64,000 nucleotides of DNA from assembly GCA_964016885.1 (NCBI GenBank), contig OZ024743.1, forward strand, positions 143,220,001 to 143,284,000, in the 5' to 3' direction. The DNA is from Eledone cirrhosa. Its lineage: Eukaryota. The translations under genes were made by a program, and so were the position numbers. Below are positions 22,901-34,350 of this stretch, one piece after another. Below the pieces are notes generated by a model that searched no databases, was not told the DNA's origin, and saw nothing but the letters and a program-made list of their open reading frames with translations. Numbering within the stretch: position 1 is the stretch's first letter; every line of letters starts with the position of its first letter.

Positions 22901-25900
22901 GTGCTTGGTGCTTGGTGTTTGGTGGTTGGTGTTTGGTGCTTCGTGTTAGGTGTTTGGTGCTTGGTGCTTGGTGTTTGGTGTTTGGTGCTTGGTGTTTGGT
23001 GTTTGGTGCTTGGTGTTTGGTGCTTGGTACTTGGTGCTTGGTGCTTGGTGTTAGGCGTTTGGTGCTTTTTGCTTGGTGCTTGGTGCTTGGTGTTTGGTGC
23101 TTGGTGCTTGATGTTTGGTGCTGGGTGCTTGGTGCTTGGTGTTTGGTGTTTGGTGCTTGGTGCTTGGTGTTATATGCTTGGTGTTTGATGCTTGGTGCTT
23201 GGTGCTTGGTGTTTGGTGTTTGGTGCTTGGTGTTTGATCCTTGGTGCTTGGTGTTTGGTGTTTGGTGCTTGGTGCTTGGTGTTTGGTGTTTGGTGCTTGC
23301 TGCTTGCTGCTTGGTGTTTGGTGTTTTGGTGTTTTGTGCTAGGTGCTTGGTGCTTGGTACTTGGTGATTGGTGCTTGGTGCTTCGTGTTTTGTGTTTGGT
23401 GTTATATGCTTGGTGTTTGATGCTTGGTGCTTGGTGCTTGGTGTTTGGTGCTTGGTGTTTCATGCGTGGTGCTTGGTGCTTGGTGTTTGGTGCTTGGTGC
23501 TTGGTGTTTGTACTTGGTGCTTGGTGCTTGGTTCTTGGTGTTTGGTGCTTGGTGCTTGGTGTTTGGTGCTAGGTGCTTGGTGTTTGGTGCTTGGTGTTTG
23601 GTGCTTGGTGTTTGGTGCTTGGTGCTTGGTGCTTGGTGCTTGGTGTTTGGTGCTTGGTGTTTGGTGCTTGGTGTTAGGTGTTTGGTGCTTGGTGCTTGGT
23701 GTTTGGTGTTTGGTGCTTGGTGTTTGGTGCTTGGTGTTTGGTGTTAGGTGTTTGGTGCTTGGTGTTTGGTGTTTGGTGCTTGGTGTTTGGTGCTTGGTGC
23801 TTGGTGTTTGGTGCTTGGTGTTTGGTGCCTGGTACTTGGTGCTTGGTGCTTGGTGTTAGGTGTTTGGTGCTTGGTGTTTGGTTTTTGGTGCTTGGTGTTT
23901 GGTGTTTGGTGCTGGCTGCTTGGTGTTTGATGCTTGGTGATTGGTGCTTGGTGTTTGGTGTTTGGTGTTTGGTGCTAGGTGCTTGGTGCTTGGTGTTTGG
24001 TGCTTGGTGCTTGGTGCTTGGTGTTTGGTGTTTGGTGCTTGGTGCTTGGTGTTTGGTGCTTGGTGCTTGGTGTTTGGTGGTTGGTGGTTGGTGCTTGGTG
24101 TTAGGTGTTTGGTGTTTGGTGCTTGGTGTTTGGTGTTTGGTGCTTGGTGTTTGGTGCTTGGTACTTGGTGCTTGGTGTTAGGTGTTTGGTGCTTGGTGCT
24201 TGGTGCTTGGTGTTTGGTGCTTGGTGTTTGGTTTCTTGGTGCTTGCTGCTTGGTGCTTGGTGCTTGGTGTTTGGTGGTTGGTGCTTGGTGCTTGGTGTTA
24301 GGTGTTTGGTGCTTGGTGCTTGGTGTTTGGTGTTTGGTGCTTGGTGTTTTTACTTGGTGCTTGGTGTTTGGTGCTTTTTGCTTGGTGCTTGGTGCTTGGT
24401 GTTTGGTGCTTGGTGCTTGATGTTTGGTGCTGGGTGCTTGGTGCTTGGTGTTTGGTGTTTGGTGCTTGGTGCTTGGTGTTATATGCTTGGTGTTTGATGC
24501 TTGGTGCTTGGTGCTTGGTGTTTGGTGTTTGGTGCTTGGTGTTTGATCCTTGGTGCTTGGTGTTTGGTGTTTGGTGCTTGGTGTTTGGTGTTTGGTGCTT
24601 GCTGCTTGGTGTTTGGTGTTTTGGTGTTTTGTGCTAGGTGCTTGGTGTTTGGTACTTGGTGATTGGTGCTTGGTGCTTCGTGTTTTGTGTTTGGTGTTTG
24701 GTCTTTGGTGCTTGGTGTTTGGTGCTTGGTGCTTGGTGCTTGGTGTTTGGTGCTTGGTGCTTGGTGTTTGGTGTTTGTTATTTGGTGCTTGGTGTCTGGT
24801 GCTTGGTGTTTGGTGCTTGGTGTCTGGTGTTCGGTGTTTGGTGCTTTTTGCTTGGTGCTTGGTGCTTAGTGTTTGGTGCTTGGTGTTTGGTGCTGGGTGC
24901 TTGGTGCTTGGTGTTTGGTGCTTGGTGCTTGGTGATTGGTGTTTGGTGTTATATGCTTGGTGTTTGATGCTTGGTGCTTGGTGCTTGGTGTTTTGTCTTT
25001 GGTGTTTGATGCTTGGTGCTTGGTGCTTGGTGTTTGGTGCTTGGTGCTTGGTGTTTGTACTTGGTGCTTGGTGCTTGGTGCTTGTACTTGATGCTTGGTG
25101 CTTGGTGCTTGGTGTTTGGAGCTTGGTGTTTGGTGCTTGGTGCTTGGTGCTTGGTGTTTGGTGCTTGGTGTTTGGTGCTTGGTGTTTGGTGCTTGGTGCT
25201 TGGTGCTTGGTGCTTGGTGCTTGGTGTTTGGTGGTTGGTGCTTGGTGCTTTGTGTTAGGTGTCTGGTGCTTGGTTGTTTGGTGCTTGGTGCTTGGTGCTT
25301 GGTGTTAGGTGTCTGGTGCTTGGTGTTTGGTGCTTGGTGTTTGGTGTTCGGTGTTTGGTGCTTTTTGCTTGGGGCTTGGTGCTTGGTGTTTGGTGCTTGG
25401 TGCTTGGTGTTTGGTGCTGGGTGCTTGGTGATTGGTGTTTAGTGTTATATGCTTGGTGTTTGATGCTTGGTGCTTGGTGCTTGGTGTTTGGTCTTTGGTG
25501 TTTGATGCTTGGTGCCTGGTGCTTGGTGTTTGGTGCTTGGTGCTTGGTGTTTGTACTTGGTGCTTGGTGCTTGGTGCTTGGTGTTTGGTGCTTGGTGCTT
25601 GGTGCTTGGTGCTTGGTGTTTGGTGTTTGGTGCTTGGTGTTTGGTGCTTGGTGTTTGGTGCTTGGTACTTGGTGCTTGGTGCTTGGTGTTAGGTGTTTGG
25701 TGCTTGGTGCTTGGTGCTTGGTGTTTGGTGCTTGGTGTTTGGTGCTTGGTGTTTGGTGCTTGGTGCTTGGTGCTTGGTGCTTGGTGTTTGGTGGTTGGTG
25801 TTTGGTGCTTGGTGTTAGGTGTTTGGTGCTTGGTGCTTGGTGTTTGGTGTTTGGTGCTTGGTGTTTGGTGTTTGGTGCTTGGTGTTTGGTGCTTTTTGCT

Positions 25901-28900
25901 TGGTGCTTGGTGTTTGATGCTTGGTGCTTGGTGTTTGGTGCTGGGTGCTTGGTGCTTGGTGTTTGGTGTTTGGTGCTTGGTGCTTGGTGTTTGGTGTTAT
26001 ATGCTTGGTGTTTGATGCTTGGTGCTTGTTGTTTGGTGTTTGGTGCTTGGTGTTTGATGCTTGGTGCTTGGTGCTTGGTGTTTGGTGCTTGGTGCTTGGT
26101 TTTTGGTGTTATATGCTTGGTGCTTGGTGTTTGGTGCTTGGTGTTTGGTGCTTGGTGCTTGGTGCTTGGTGTTAGCTGTTTGGTGCTTGGTGCTTGGTGT
26201 TTGGTGTTTGGTGCTTGGTGTTTGGTGCTTGGTACTTGGTGCTTGTTGCTTGGTGTTAGGTGTTTGGTGCTTGGTGCTTGGTGCTTGGTGTTAGCTGTTT
26301 GGTGCTTGGTGCTTGGTGTTTGGTGTTTGGTGCTTGGTGCTTGGTGCTTGGTGTTTGGTGCTTGGTGTTTGGTGCTTGGTGTTTGGTGCTTGGTGCTTGG
26401 TGCTTGGTGCTTGGTGTTTGGTGCTTGGTGCTTGGTGCTTGGTGTTTGGTATTTGGTGCTTGGTGTTTGGTGTTTGGTGCTTGGTGTTTGGTGCTTGGTA
26501 CTTGGTGCTTGGTGCTTGGTGTTAGGTGTTTGGTGCTTGGTGTTTGGTGCTTGGTGTTTGGTGCTTGGTGTTTGGTGCTTGGTGTTTGGTGCTTGGTGCT
26601 TGGTGCTTGGTGCTTGGTGTTTGGTGCTTGGTGTTTGGTGCTTGGTGTTAGGTGTTTGGTGCTTGGTGCTTGGTGTTTGGTTTTTGGTGCTTGGTGTTTG
26701 GTGTTTGGTGCTTGGTGTTTGGTGCTTGGTGCTTGGTGTTTGGTGCTTGGTGTTTGGTGCTTGGTACTTGGTGCTTGGTGTTAGGTGTTTGGTGCTTGGT
26801 GCTTGGTGTTTGGTTTTTGGTGCTTGGTGTTTGGTGTTTGGTGCTGGCTGCTTGGTGTTTGGTGCTTGGTGATTGGTGCTTGGTGTTTGGTGCTTGGTGT
26901 TTGGTGTTTGGTGCTAGGTGCTTGGTGCTTGGTGTTTGGTGCTTGGTGCTTGGTGCTTGGTGTTTGGTGTTTGGTGCTTGGTGCTTGGTGTTTGGTGCTT
27001 GGTGCTTGGTGCTTGGTGTTTGGTGGTTGGTGTTTGGTGCTTCGTGTTAAATGTTTGGTGCTTGGTGCTTGGTGTTTGGTGTTTGGTGCTTGGTGTTTGG
27101 TGTTTGGTGCTTGGTGTTTGGTGCTTGGTACTTGGTGCTTGGTGCTTGGTGTTAGGTGTTTGGTGCTTTTTGCTTGGTGCTTGGTGCTTGGTGTTTGGTG
27201 CTTGGTGCTTGATGTTTGGTGCTGGGTGCTTGGTGCTTGGTGTTTGGTGTTTGGTGCTTGGTGCTTGGTGTTATATGCTTGGTGTTTGATGCTTGGTGCT
27301 TGGTGCTTGGTGTTTGGTGTTTGGTGCTTGGTGTTTGATCCTTGGTGCTTGGTGTTTGGTGTTTGGTGCTTGGTGCTTGGTGTTTGGTGTTTGGTGCTTG
27401 CTGCTTGCTGCTTGGTGTTTGGTGTTTTGGTGTTTTGTGCTAGGTGCTTGGTGCTTGGTACTTGGTGATTGGTGCTTGGTGCTTCGTGTTTTGTGTTTGG
27501 TGTTATATGCTTGGTGTTTGATGCTTGGTGCTTGGTGCTTGGTGTTTGGTGCTTGGTGTTTGATGCTTGGTGCTTGGTGCTTGGTATTAGGTGCTTGGTG
27601 CTTGGTGTTTGGTGCTTGGTGCTTGGTGTTTGTACTTGGTGCTTGGTGCTTGGTTCTTGGTGTTTGGTGCTTGGTGCTTGGTGTTTGGTGCTAGGTGCTT
27701 GGTGTTTGGTGCTTGGTGTTTGGTGCTTGGTGTTTGGTGCTTGGTGCTTAGTGCTTGGTGCTTGGTGTTTGGTGCTTGGTGTTTGGTGCTTGGTGTTAGG
27801 TGTTTGGTGCTTGGTGCTTGGTGTTTGGTGTTTGGTGCTTGGTGTTTGGTGCTTGGTGTTTGGTGTTAGGTGTTTGGTGCTTGGTGTTTGGTGTTTGGTG
27901 CTTGGTGTTTGGTGCTTGGTGCTTGGTGTTTGGTGCTTGGTGTTTGGTGCTTGGTACTTGGTGCTTGGTGCTTGGTGTTAGGTGTTTGGTGCTTGGTGTT
28001 TGGTTTTTGGTGCTTGGTGTTTGGTGTTTGGTGCTGGCTGCTTGGTGTTTGATGCTTGGTGATTGGTGCTTGGTGTTTGGTGCTTGGTGTTTGGTGTTTG
28101 GTGCTAGGTGCTTGGTGCTTGGTGTTTGGTGCTTGGTGCTTGGTGCTTGGTGTTTGGTGTTTGGTGCTTGGTGCTTGGTGTTTGGTGCTTGGTGCTTGGT
28201 GCTTGGTGTTTGGTGGTTGGTGGTTGGTGCTTGGTGTTAGGTGTTTGGTGTTTGGTGCTTGGTGTTTGGTGTTTGGTGCTTGGTGTTTGGTGCTTGGTAC
28301 TTGGTGCTTGGTGCTTGGTGTTAGGTGTTTGGTGCTTGGTGCTTGGTGCTTGGTGTTTGGTGCTTGGTGTTTGGTTTCTTGGTGCTTGCTGCTTGGTGCT
28401 TGGTGCTTGGTGTTTGGTGGTTGGTGCTTGGTGCTTGGTGTTAGGTGTTTGGTGCTTGGTGCTTGGTGTTTGGTGTTTGGTGCTTGGTGTTTGTACTTGG
28501 TGCTTGGTGTTTGGTGCTTTTTGCTTGGTGCTTGGTGCTTGGTGTTTGGTGCTTGGTGCTTGATGTTTGGTGCTGGGTGCTTGGTGCTTGGTGTTTGGTG
28601 TTTGGTGCTTGGTGCTTGGTGTTATATGCTTGGTGTTTGATGCTTGGTGCTTGGTGCTTGGTGTTTGGTGTTTGGTGCTTGGTGTTTGATCCTTGGTGCT
28701 TGGTGTTTGGTGTTTGGTGCTTGGTGCTTGGTGTTTGGTGTTTGGTGCTTGCTGCTTGCTGCTTGGTGTTTGGTGTTTTGGTGTTTTGTGCTAGGTGCTT
28801 GGTGTTTGGTACTTGGTGATTGGTGCTTGGTGCTTCGTGTTTTGTGTTTGGTGTTTGGTCTTTGGTGCTTGGTGTTTGGTGCTTGGTGCTTGGTGCTTGG

Positions 28901-31900
28901 TGTTTGGTGCTTGGTGCTTGGTGTTTGGTGTTTGTTGTTTGGTGCTTGGTGTCTGGTGCTTGGTGTTTGGTGCTTGGTGTTTGGCGTTCGGTGTTTGGTG
29001 CTTTTTGCTTGGTGCTTGGTGCTTAGTGTTTGGTGCTTGGTGCTTGGTGTTTGGTGCTGGGTGCTTGGTGCTTGGTGTTTGGTGCTTGGTACTTGGTGAT
29101 TGGTGTTTGGTGTTATATGCTTGGTGTTTGATGCTTGGTGCTTGGTGCTTGGTGTTTGGTCTTTGGTGTTTGATGCTTGGTGCTTGGTGCTTGGTGTTTG
29201 GTGCTTGGTGCTTGGTGTTTGTACTTGGTGCTTGGTGCTTGGTGCTTGTACTTGATGCTTGGTGCTTGGTGCTTGGTGTTTGGAGCTTGGTGTTTGGTGC
29301 TTGGTGCTTGGTGCTTGGTGTTTGGTGCTTGGTGTTTGGTGCTTGGTGTTTGGTGCTTGGTGCTTGGTGCTTGGTGCTTGGTGTTTGGTGCTTGGTGCTT
29401 GGTGCTTGGTGTTTGGTATTTGGTGCTTGGTGTTTGGTGTTTGGTGCTTGGTGTTTGGTGCTTGGTGTTTGGTGCTTGGTGTTTGGTGCTTGGTGTTTGG
29501 TGCTTGGTGCTTGGTGCTTGGTGCTTGGTGTTTGGTGCTTGGTGTTAGGTGTTTGGTGCTTGGTGCTTGGTGTTTGGTGTTTGGTGCTTGGTGTTTGGTG
29601 TTTGGTGCTTGGTGTTTGGTGCTTTTTGCTTGGTGCTTGGTGTTTGATGCTTGGTGCTTGGTGTTTGGTGCTTGGTGCTTGGTGCTTGGTGTTTGGTGCT
29701 TGGTGCTTGGTGTTTGGTGTTTGGTGTTATATGCTTGGTGTTTGATGCTTGGTGCTTGGTGCTTGTTGTTTGGTGTTTGGTGCTTGGTGTTTGATGCTTG
29801 GTGCTTGGTGCTTGGTGTTTGGTGCTTGGTGCTTGGTGTTTGGTGCTTGGTATTTGGTGCTTGGTGCTTGGTGCTTGGTGCTTGGTGTTTGGTGGTTGGT
29901 GCTTGGTGTTTGGTGCTTGGTGCTTGGTGTTTGGTGTTTGGTGCTTGGTGTTTGGTGCTTGGTACTTGGTGCTTGGTGCTTGGTGTTAGGTGTTTGGTGC
30001 TTGGTGCTTGGTGTCTGGTTTTTGGTGCTTGGTGCTTGGTGTTTGGTGTTTGGTGCTTGCTGCTGGCTGCTTGGTGTTTGGTGCTTGGTGATTGGTGCTA
30101 GGTGTTTGGTGCTAGGTGCTTGGTGCTTGGTGTTTGTACTTGGTGCTTGGTGTTTGGTGCTTGGTGCTTGGTGTTTGGTGTTTGGTGCTTGGTGTTTGGT
30201 GCTTAGTGCTTGGTGCTTGGTGTTTGGTGCTTGGTGTTTGGTGCTTGGTGTTAGGTGTTTGGTGCTTGGTGCTTGGTGTTTGGTGTTTGGTGCTTGGTGT
30301 TTGGTGTTTGGTGTTATATGCTTGGTGTTTGATGCTTGGTGCTTGGTGCTTGGTGTTTGGTGCTTGGTGTTTGATGCTTGGTGCTTGGTGCTTGGTGTTT
30401 GGTGCTTGGTGCTTGGTGTTTGTACTTGGTGCTTGGTGCTTGCTTCTTGGTGTTTGGTGCTTGGTGCTTGGTGTTTGGTGCTTGGTGCTTGGTGTTTGGT
30501 GCTTGGTGTTTGGTGCTTGGTGTTTGGTGCTTGGTACTTGGTGCTTGGTGCTTGGTGTTTGGTGCTTGGTGTTTGGTGCTTGGTGTTAGGTGTTTGGTGC
30601 TTGGTGCTTGGTGTTTGGTGTTTGGTGTTTGGTGCTTGGTGTTTGGTGCTTGGTGTTTGGTGTTAGGTGTTTGGTGCTTGGTGTTTGGTGTTTGGTGCTT
30701 GGTGTTTGGTGCTTGGTGCTTGGTGTTTGGTGCTTGGTGTTTGATGCTTGGTAATTGGTGCTTGGTGTTAGGTGTTTGGTGCTTGGTGCTTGGTGTTTGG
30801 TTTTTGGTGCTTGGTGTTTGGTGTTTGGTGCTGGCTGCTTGGTGTTTGATGCTTGGTGATGGGTGCTTGGTGTTTGGTGCTTGGTGTTTGGTGTTTGGTG
30901 CTAGGTGCTTGGTGCTTGGTGTTTGGTGCTTGGTGCTTGGTGCTTGGTGTTTGGTGTTTGGTGCTTGGTGCTTGGTGTTTGGTGCTTGGTGCTTGGTGCT
31001 TGGTGTTTGGTGGTTGGTGTTTGGTGCTTCGTGTTAGGTGTTTGGTGCTTGGTGCTTGGTGTTTGGTGTTTGGTGCTTGGTGTTTGGTGTTTGGTGCTTG
31101 GTGTTTGGTGCTTGGTACTTGGTGCTTGGTGCTTGGTGTTAGGCGTTTGGTGCTTTTTGCTTGGTGCTTGGTGCTTGGTGTTTGGTGCTTGGTGCTTGAT
31201 GTTTGGTGCTGGGTGCTTGGTGCTTGGTGTTTGGTGTTTGGTGCTTGGTGCTTGGTGTTATATGCTTGGTGTTTGATGCTTGGTGCTTGGTGCTTGGTGT
31301 TTGGTGTTTGGTGCTTGGTGTTTGATCCTTGGTGCTTGGTGTTTGGTGTTTGGTGCTTGGTGCTTGGTGTTTGGTGTTTGGTGCTTGCTGCTTGCTGCTT
31401 GGTGTTTGGTGTTTTGGTGTTTTGTGCTAGGTGCTTGGTGCTTGGTACTTGGTGATTGGTGCTTGGTGCTTCGTGTTTTGTGTTTGGTGTTATATGCTTG
31501 GTGTTTGATGCTTGGTGCTTGGTGCTTGGTGTTTGGTGCTTGGTGTTTCATGCGTGGTGCTTGGTGCTTGGTGTTTGGTGCTTGGTGCTTGGTGTTTGTA
31601 CTTGGTGCTTGGTGCTTGGTTCTTGGTGTTTGGTGCTTGGTGCTTGGTGTTTGGTGCTAGGTGCTTGGTGTTTGGTGCTTGGTGTTTGGTGCTTGGTGTT
31701 TGGTGCTTGGTGCTTGGTGCTTGGTGCTTGGTGTTTGGTGCTTGGTGTTTGGTGCTTGGTGTTAGGTGTTTGGTGCTTGGTGCTTGGTGTTTGGTGTTTG
31801 GTGCTTGGTGTTTGGTGCTTGGTGTTTGGTGTTAGGTGTTTGGTGCTTGGTGTTTGGTGTTTGGTGCTTGGTGTTTGGTGCTTGGTGCTTGGTGTTTGGT

Positions 31901-34350
31901 GCTTGGTGTTTGGTGCCTGGTACTTGGTGCTTGGTGCTTGGTGTTAGGTGTTTGGTGCTTGGTGTTTGGTTTTTGGTGCTTGGTGTTTGGTGTTTGGTGC
32001 TGGCTGCTTGGTGTTTGATGCTTGGTGATTGGTGCTTGGTGTTTGGTGTTTGGTGTTTGGTGCTAGGTGCTTGGTGCTTGGTGTTTGGTGCTTGGTGCTT
32101 GGTGCTTGGTGTTTGGTGTTTGGTGCTTGGTGCTTGGTGTTTGGTGCTTGGTGCTTGGTGTTTGGTGGTTGGTGGTTGGTGCTTGGTGTTAGGTGTTTGG
32201 TGTTTGGTGCTTGGTGTTTGGTGTTTGGTGCTTGGTGTTTGGTGCTTGGTACTTGGTGCTTGGTGTTAGGTGTTTGGTGCTTGGTGCTTGGTGCTTGGTG
32301 TTTGGTGCTTGGTGTTTGGTTTCTTGGTGCTTGCTGCTTGGTGCTTGGTGCTTGGTGTTTGGTGGTTGGTGCTTGGTGCTTGGTGTTAGGTGTTTGGTGC
32401 TTGGTGCTTGGTGTTTGGTGTTTGGTGCTTGGTGTTTGTACTTGGTGCTTGGTGTTTGGTGCTTTTTGCTTGGTGCTTGGTGCTTGGTGTTTGGTGCTTG
32501 GTGCTTGATGTTTGGTGCTGGGTGCTTGGTGCTTGGTGTTTGGTGTTTGGTGCTTGGTGCTTGGTGTTATATGCTTGGTGTTTGATGCTTGGTGCTTGGT
32601 GCTTGGTGTTTGGTGTTTGGTGCTTGGTGTTTGATCCTTGGTGCTTGGTGTTTGGTGTTTGGTGCTTGGTGTTTGGTGTTTGGTGCTTGCTGCTTGGTGT
32701 TTGGTGTTTTGGTGTTTTGTGCTAGGTGCTTGGTGTTTGGTACTTGGTGATTGGTGCTTGGTGCTTCGTGTTTTGTGTTTGGTGTTTGGTCTTTGGTGCT
32801 TGGTGTTTGGTGCTTGGTGCTTGGTGCTTGGTGTTTGGTGCTTGGTGCTTGGTGTTTGGTGTTTGTTGTTTGGTGCTTGGTGTCTGGTGCTTGGTGTTTG
32901 GTGCTTGGTGTTTGGTGTTCGGTGTTTGGTGCTTTTTGCTTGGTGCTTGGTGCTTAGTGTTTGGTGCTTGGTGTTTGGTGCTGGGTGCTTGGTGCTTGGT
33001 GTTTGGTGCTTGGTGCTTGGTGATTGGTGTTTGGTGTTATATGCTTGGTGTTTGATGCTTGGTGCTTGGTGCTTGGTGTTTGGTCTTTGGTGTTTGATGC
33101 TTGGTGCTTGGTGCTTGGTGTTTGGTGCTTGGTGCTTGGTGTTTGTACTTGGTGCTTGGTGCTTGGTGCTTGTACTTGATGCTTGGTGCTTGGTGCTTGG
33201 TGTTTGGAGCTTGGTGTTTGGTGCTTGGTGCTTGGTGCTTGGTGTTTGGTGCTTGGTGTTTGGTGCTTGGTGTTTGGTGCTTGGTGCTTGGTGCTTGGTG
33301 CTTGGTGCTTGGTGTTTGGTGGTTGGTGCTTGGTGCTTTGTGTTAGGTGTCTGGTGCTTGGTTGTTTGGTGCTTGGTGCTTGGTGCTTGGTGTTAGGTGT
33401 CTGGTGCTTGGTGTTTGGTGCTTGGTGTTTGGTGTTCGGTGTTTGGTGCTTTTTGCTTGGGGCTTGGTGCTTGGTGTTTGGTGCTTGGTGCTTGGTGTTT
33501 GGTGCTGGGTGCTTGGTGATTGGTGTTTAGTGTTATATGCTTGGTGTTTGATGCTTGGTGCTTGGTGCTTGGTGTTTGGTCTTTGGTGTTTGATGCTTGG
33601 TGCCTGGTGCTTGGTGTTTGGTGCTTGGTGCTTGGTGTTTGTACTTGGTGCTTGGTGCTTGGTGCTTGGTGTTTGGTGCTTGGTGCTTGGTGCTTGGTGC
33701 TTGGTGTTTGGTGTTTGGTGCTTGGTGTTTGGTGCTTGGTGTTTGGTGCTTGGTACTTGGTGCTTGGTGCTTGGTGTTAGGTGTTTGGTGCTTGGTGCTT
33801 GGTGCTTGGTGTTTGGTGCTTGGTGTTTGGTGCTTGGTGCTTGGTTTTTGGTGTTATATGCTTGGTGCTTGGTGTTTGGTGCTTGGTGCTTGGTGCTTGG
33901 TGCTTGGTGTTTGGTGGTTGGTGTTTGGTGCTTGGTGTTAGGTGTTTGGTGCTTGGTGCTTGGTGTTTGGTGTTTGGTGCTTGGTGTTTGGTGTTTGGTG
34001 CTTGGTGTTTGGTGCTTTTTGCTTGGTGCTTGGTATTTGATGCTTGGTGCTTGGTGTTTGGTGCTGGGTGCTTGGTGCTTGGTGTTTGGTGTTTGGTGCT
34101 TGGTGCTTGGTGTTTGGTGTTATATGCTTGGTGTTTGATGCTTGGTGCTTGTTGTTTGGTGTTTGGTGCTTGGTGTTTGATGCTTGGTGCTTGGTGCTTG
34201 GTGTTTGGTGCTTGGTGCTTGGTTTTTGGTGTTATATGCTTGGTGCTTGGTGTTTGGTGCTTGGTGTTTGGTGCTTGGTGCTTGGTGCTTGGTGTTAGCT
34301 GTTTGGTGCTTGGTGCTTGGTGTTTGGTGTTTGGTGCTTGGTGTCTGGTT
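16570..34350 (+). repeat. Large tandem duplication of an ~8.1-kb unit (offset 9,767 before and 8,088 after an internal 1,602-bp duplication in copy 1)
   Basis: Offset 9,767: GATCC 17570/27337 and 18921/28688, private GGCGTTCGG 19216/28983. Offset 8,088: GGTAATTGG 22662/30750, CATGCGTGG 23461/31549, GGAGC 25118/33206. The intermediate offset 9,690 minus 1,602 equals 8,088. Confidence 0.88.
20235..23460 (+). repeat. Near-perfect 1,602-bp tandem duplication
   Basis: GGTGATTGGTGATTGG at 20383/21985, GGTAATTGG at 21060/22662, GATCC at 21634/23236. Five ORF-track strings are identical at offset 1,602 (20405/22007 to 21215/22817). Confidence 0.93.
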
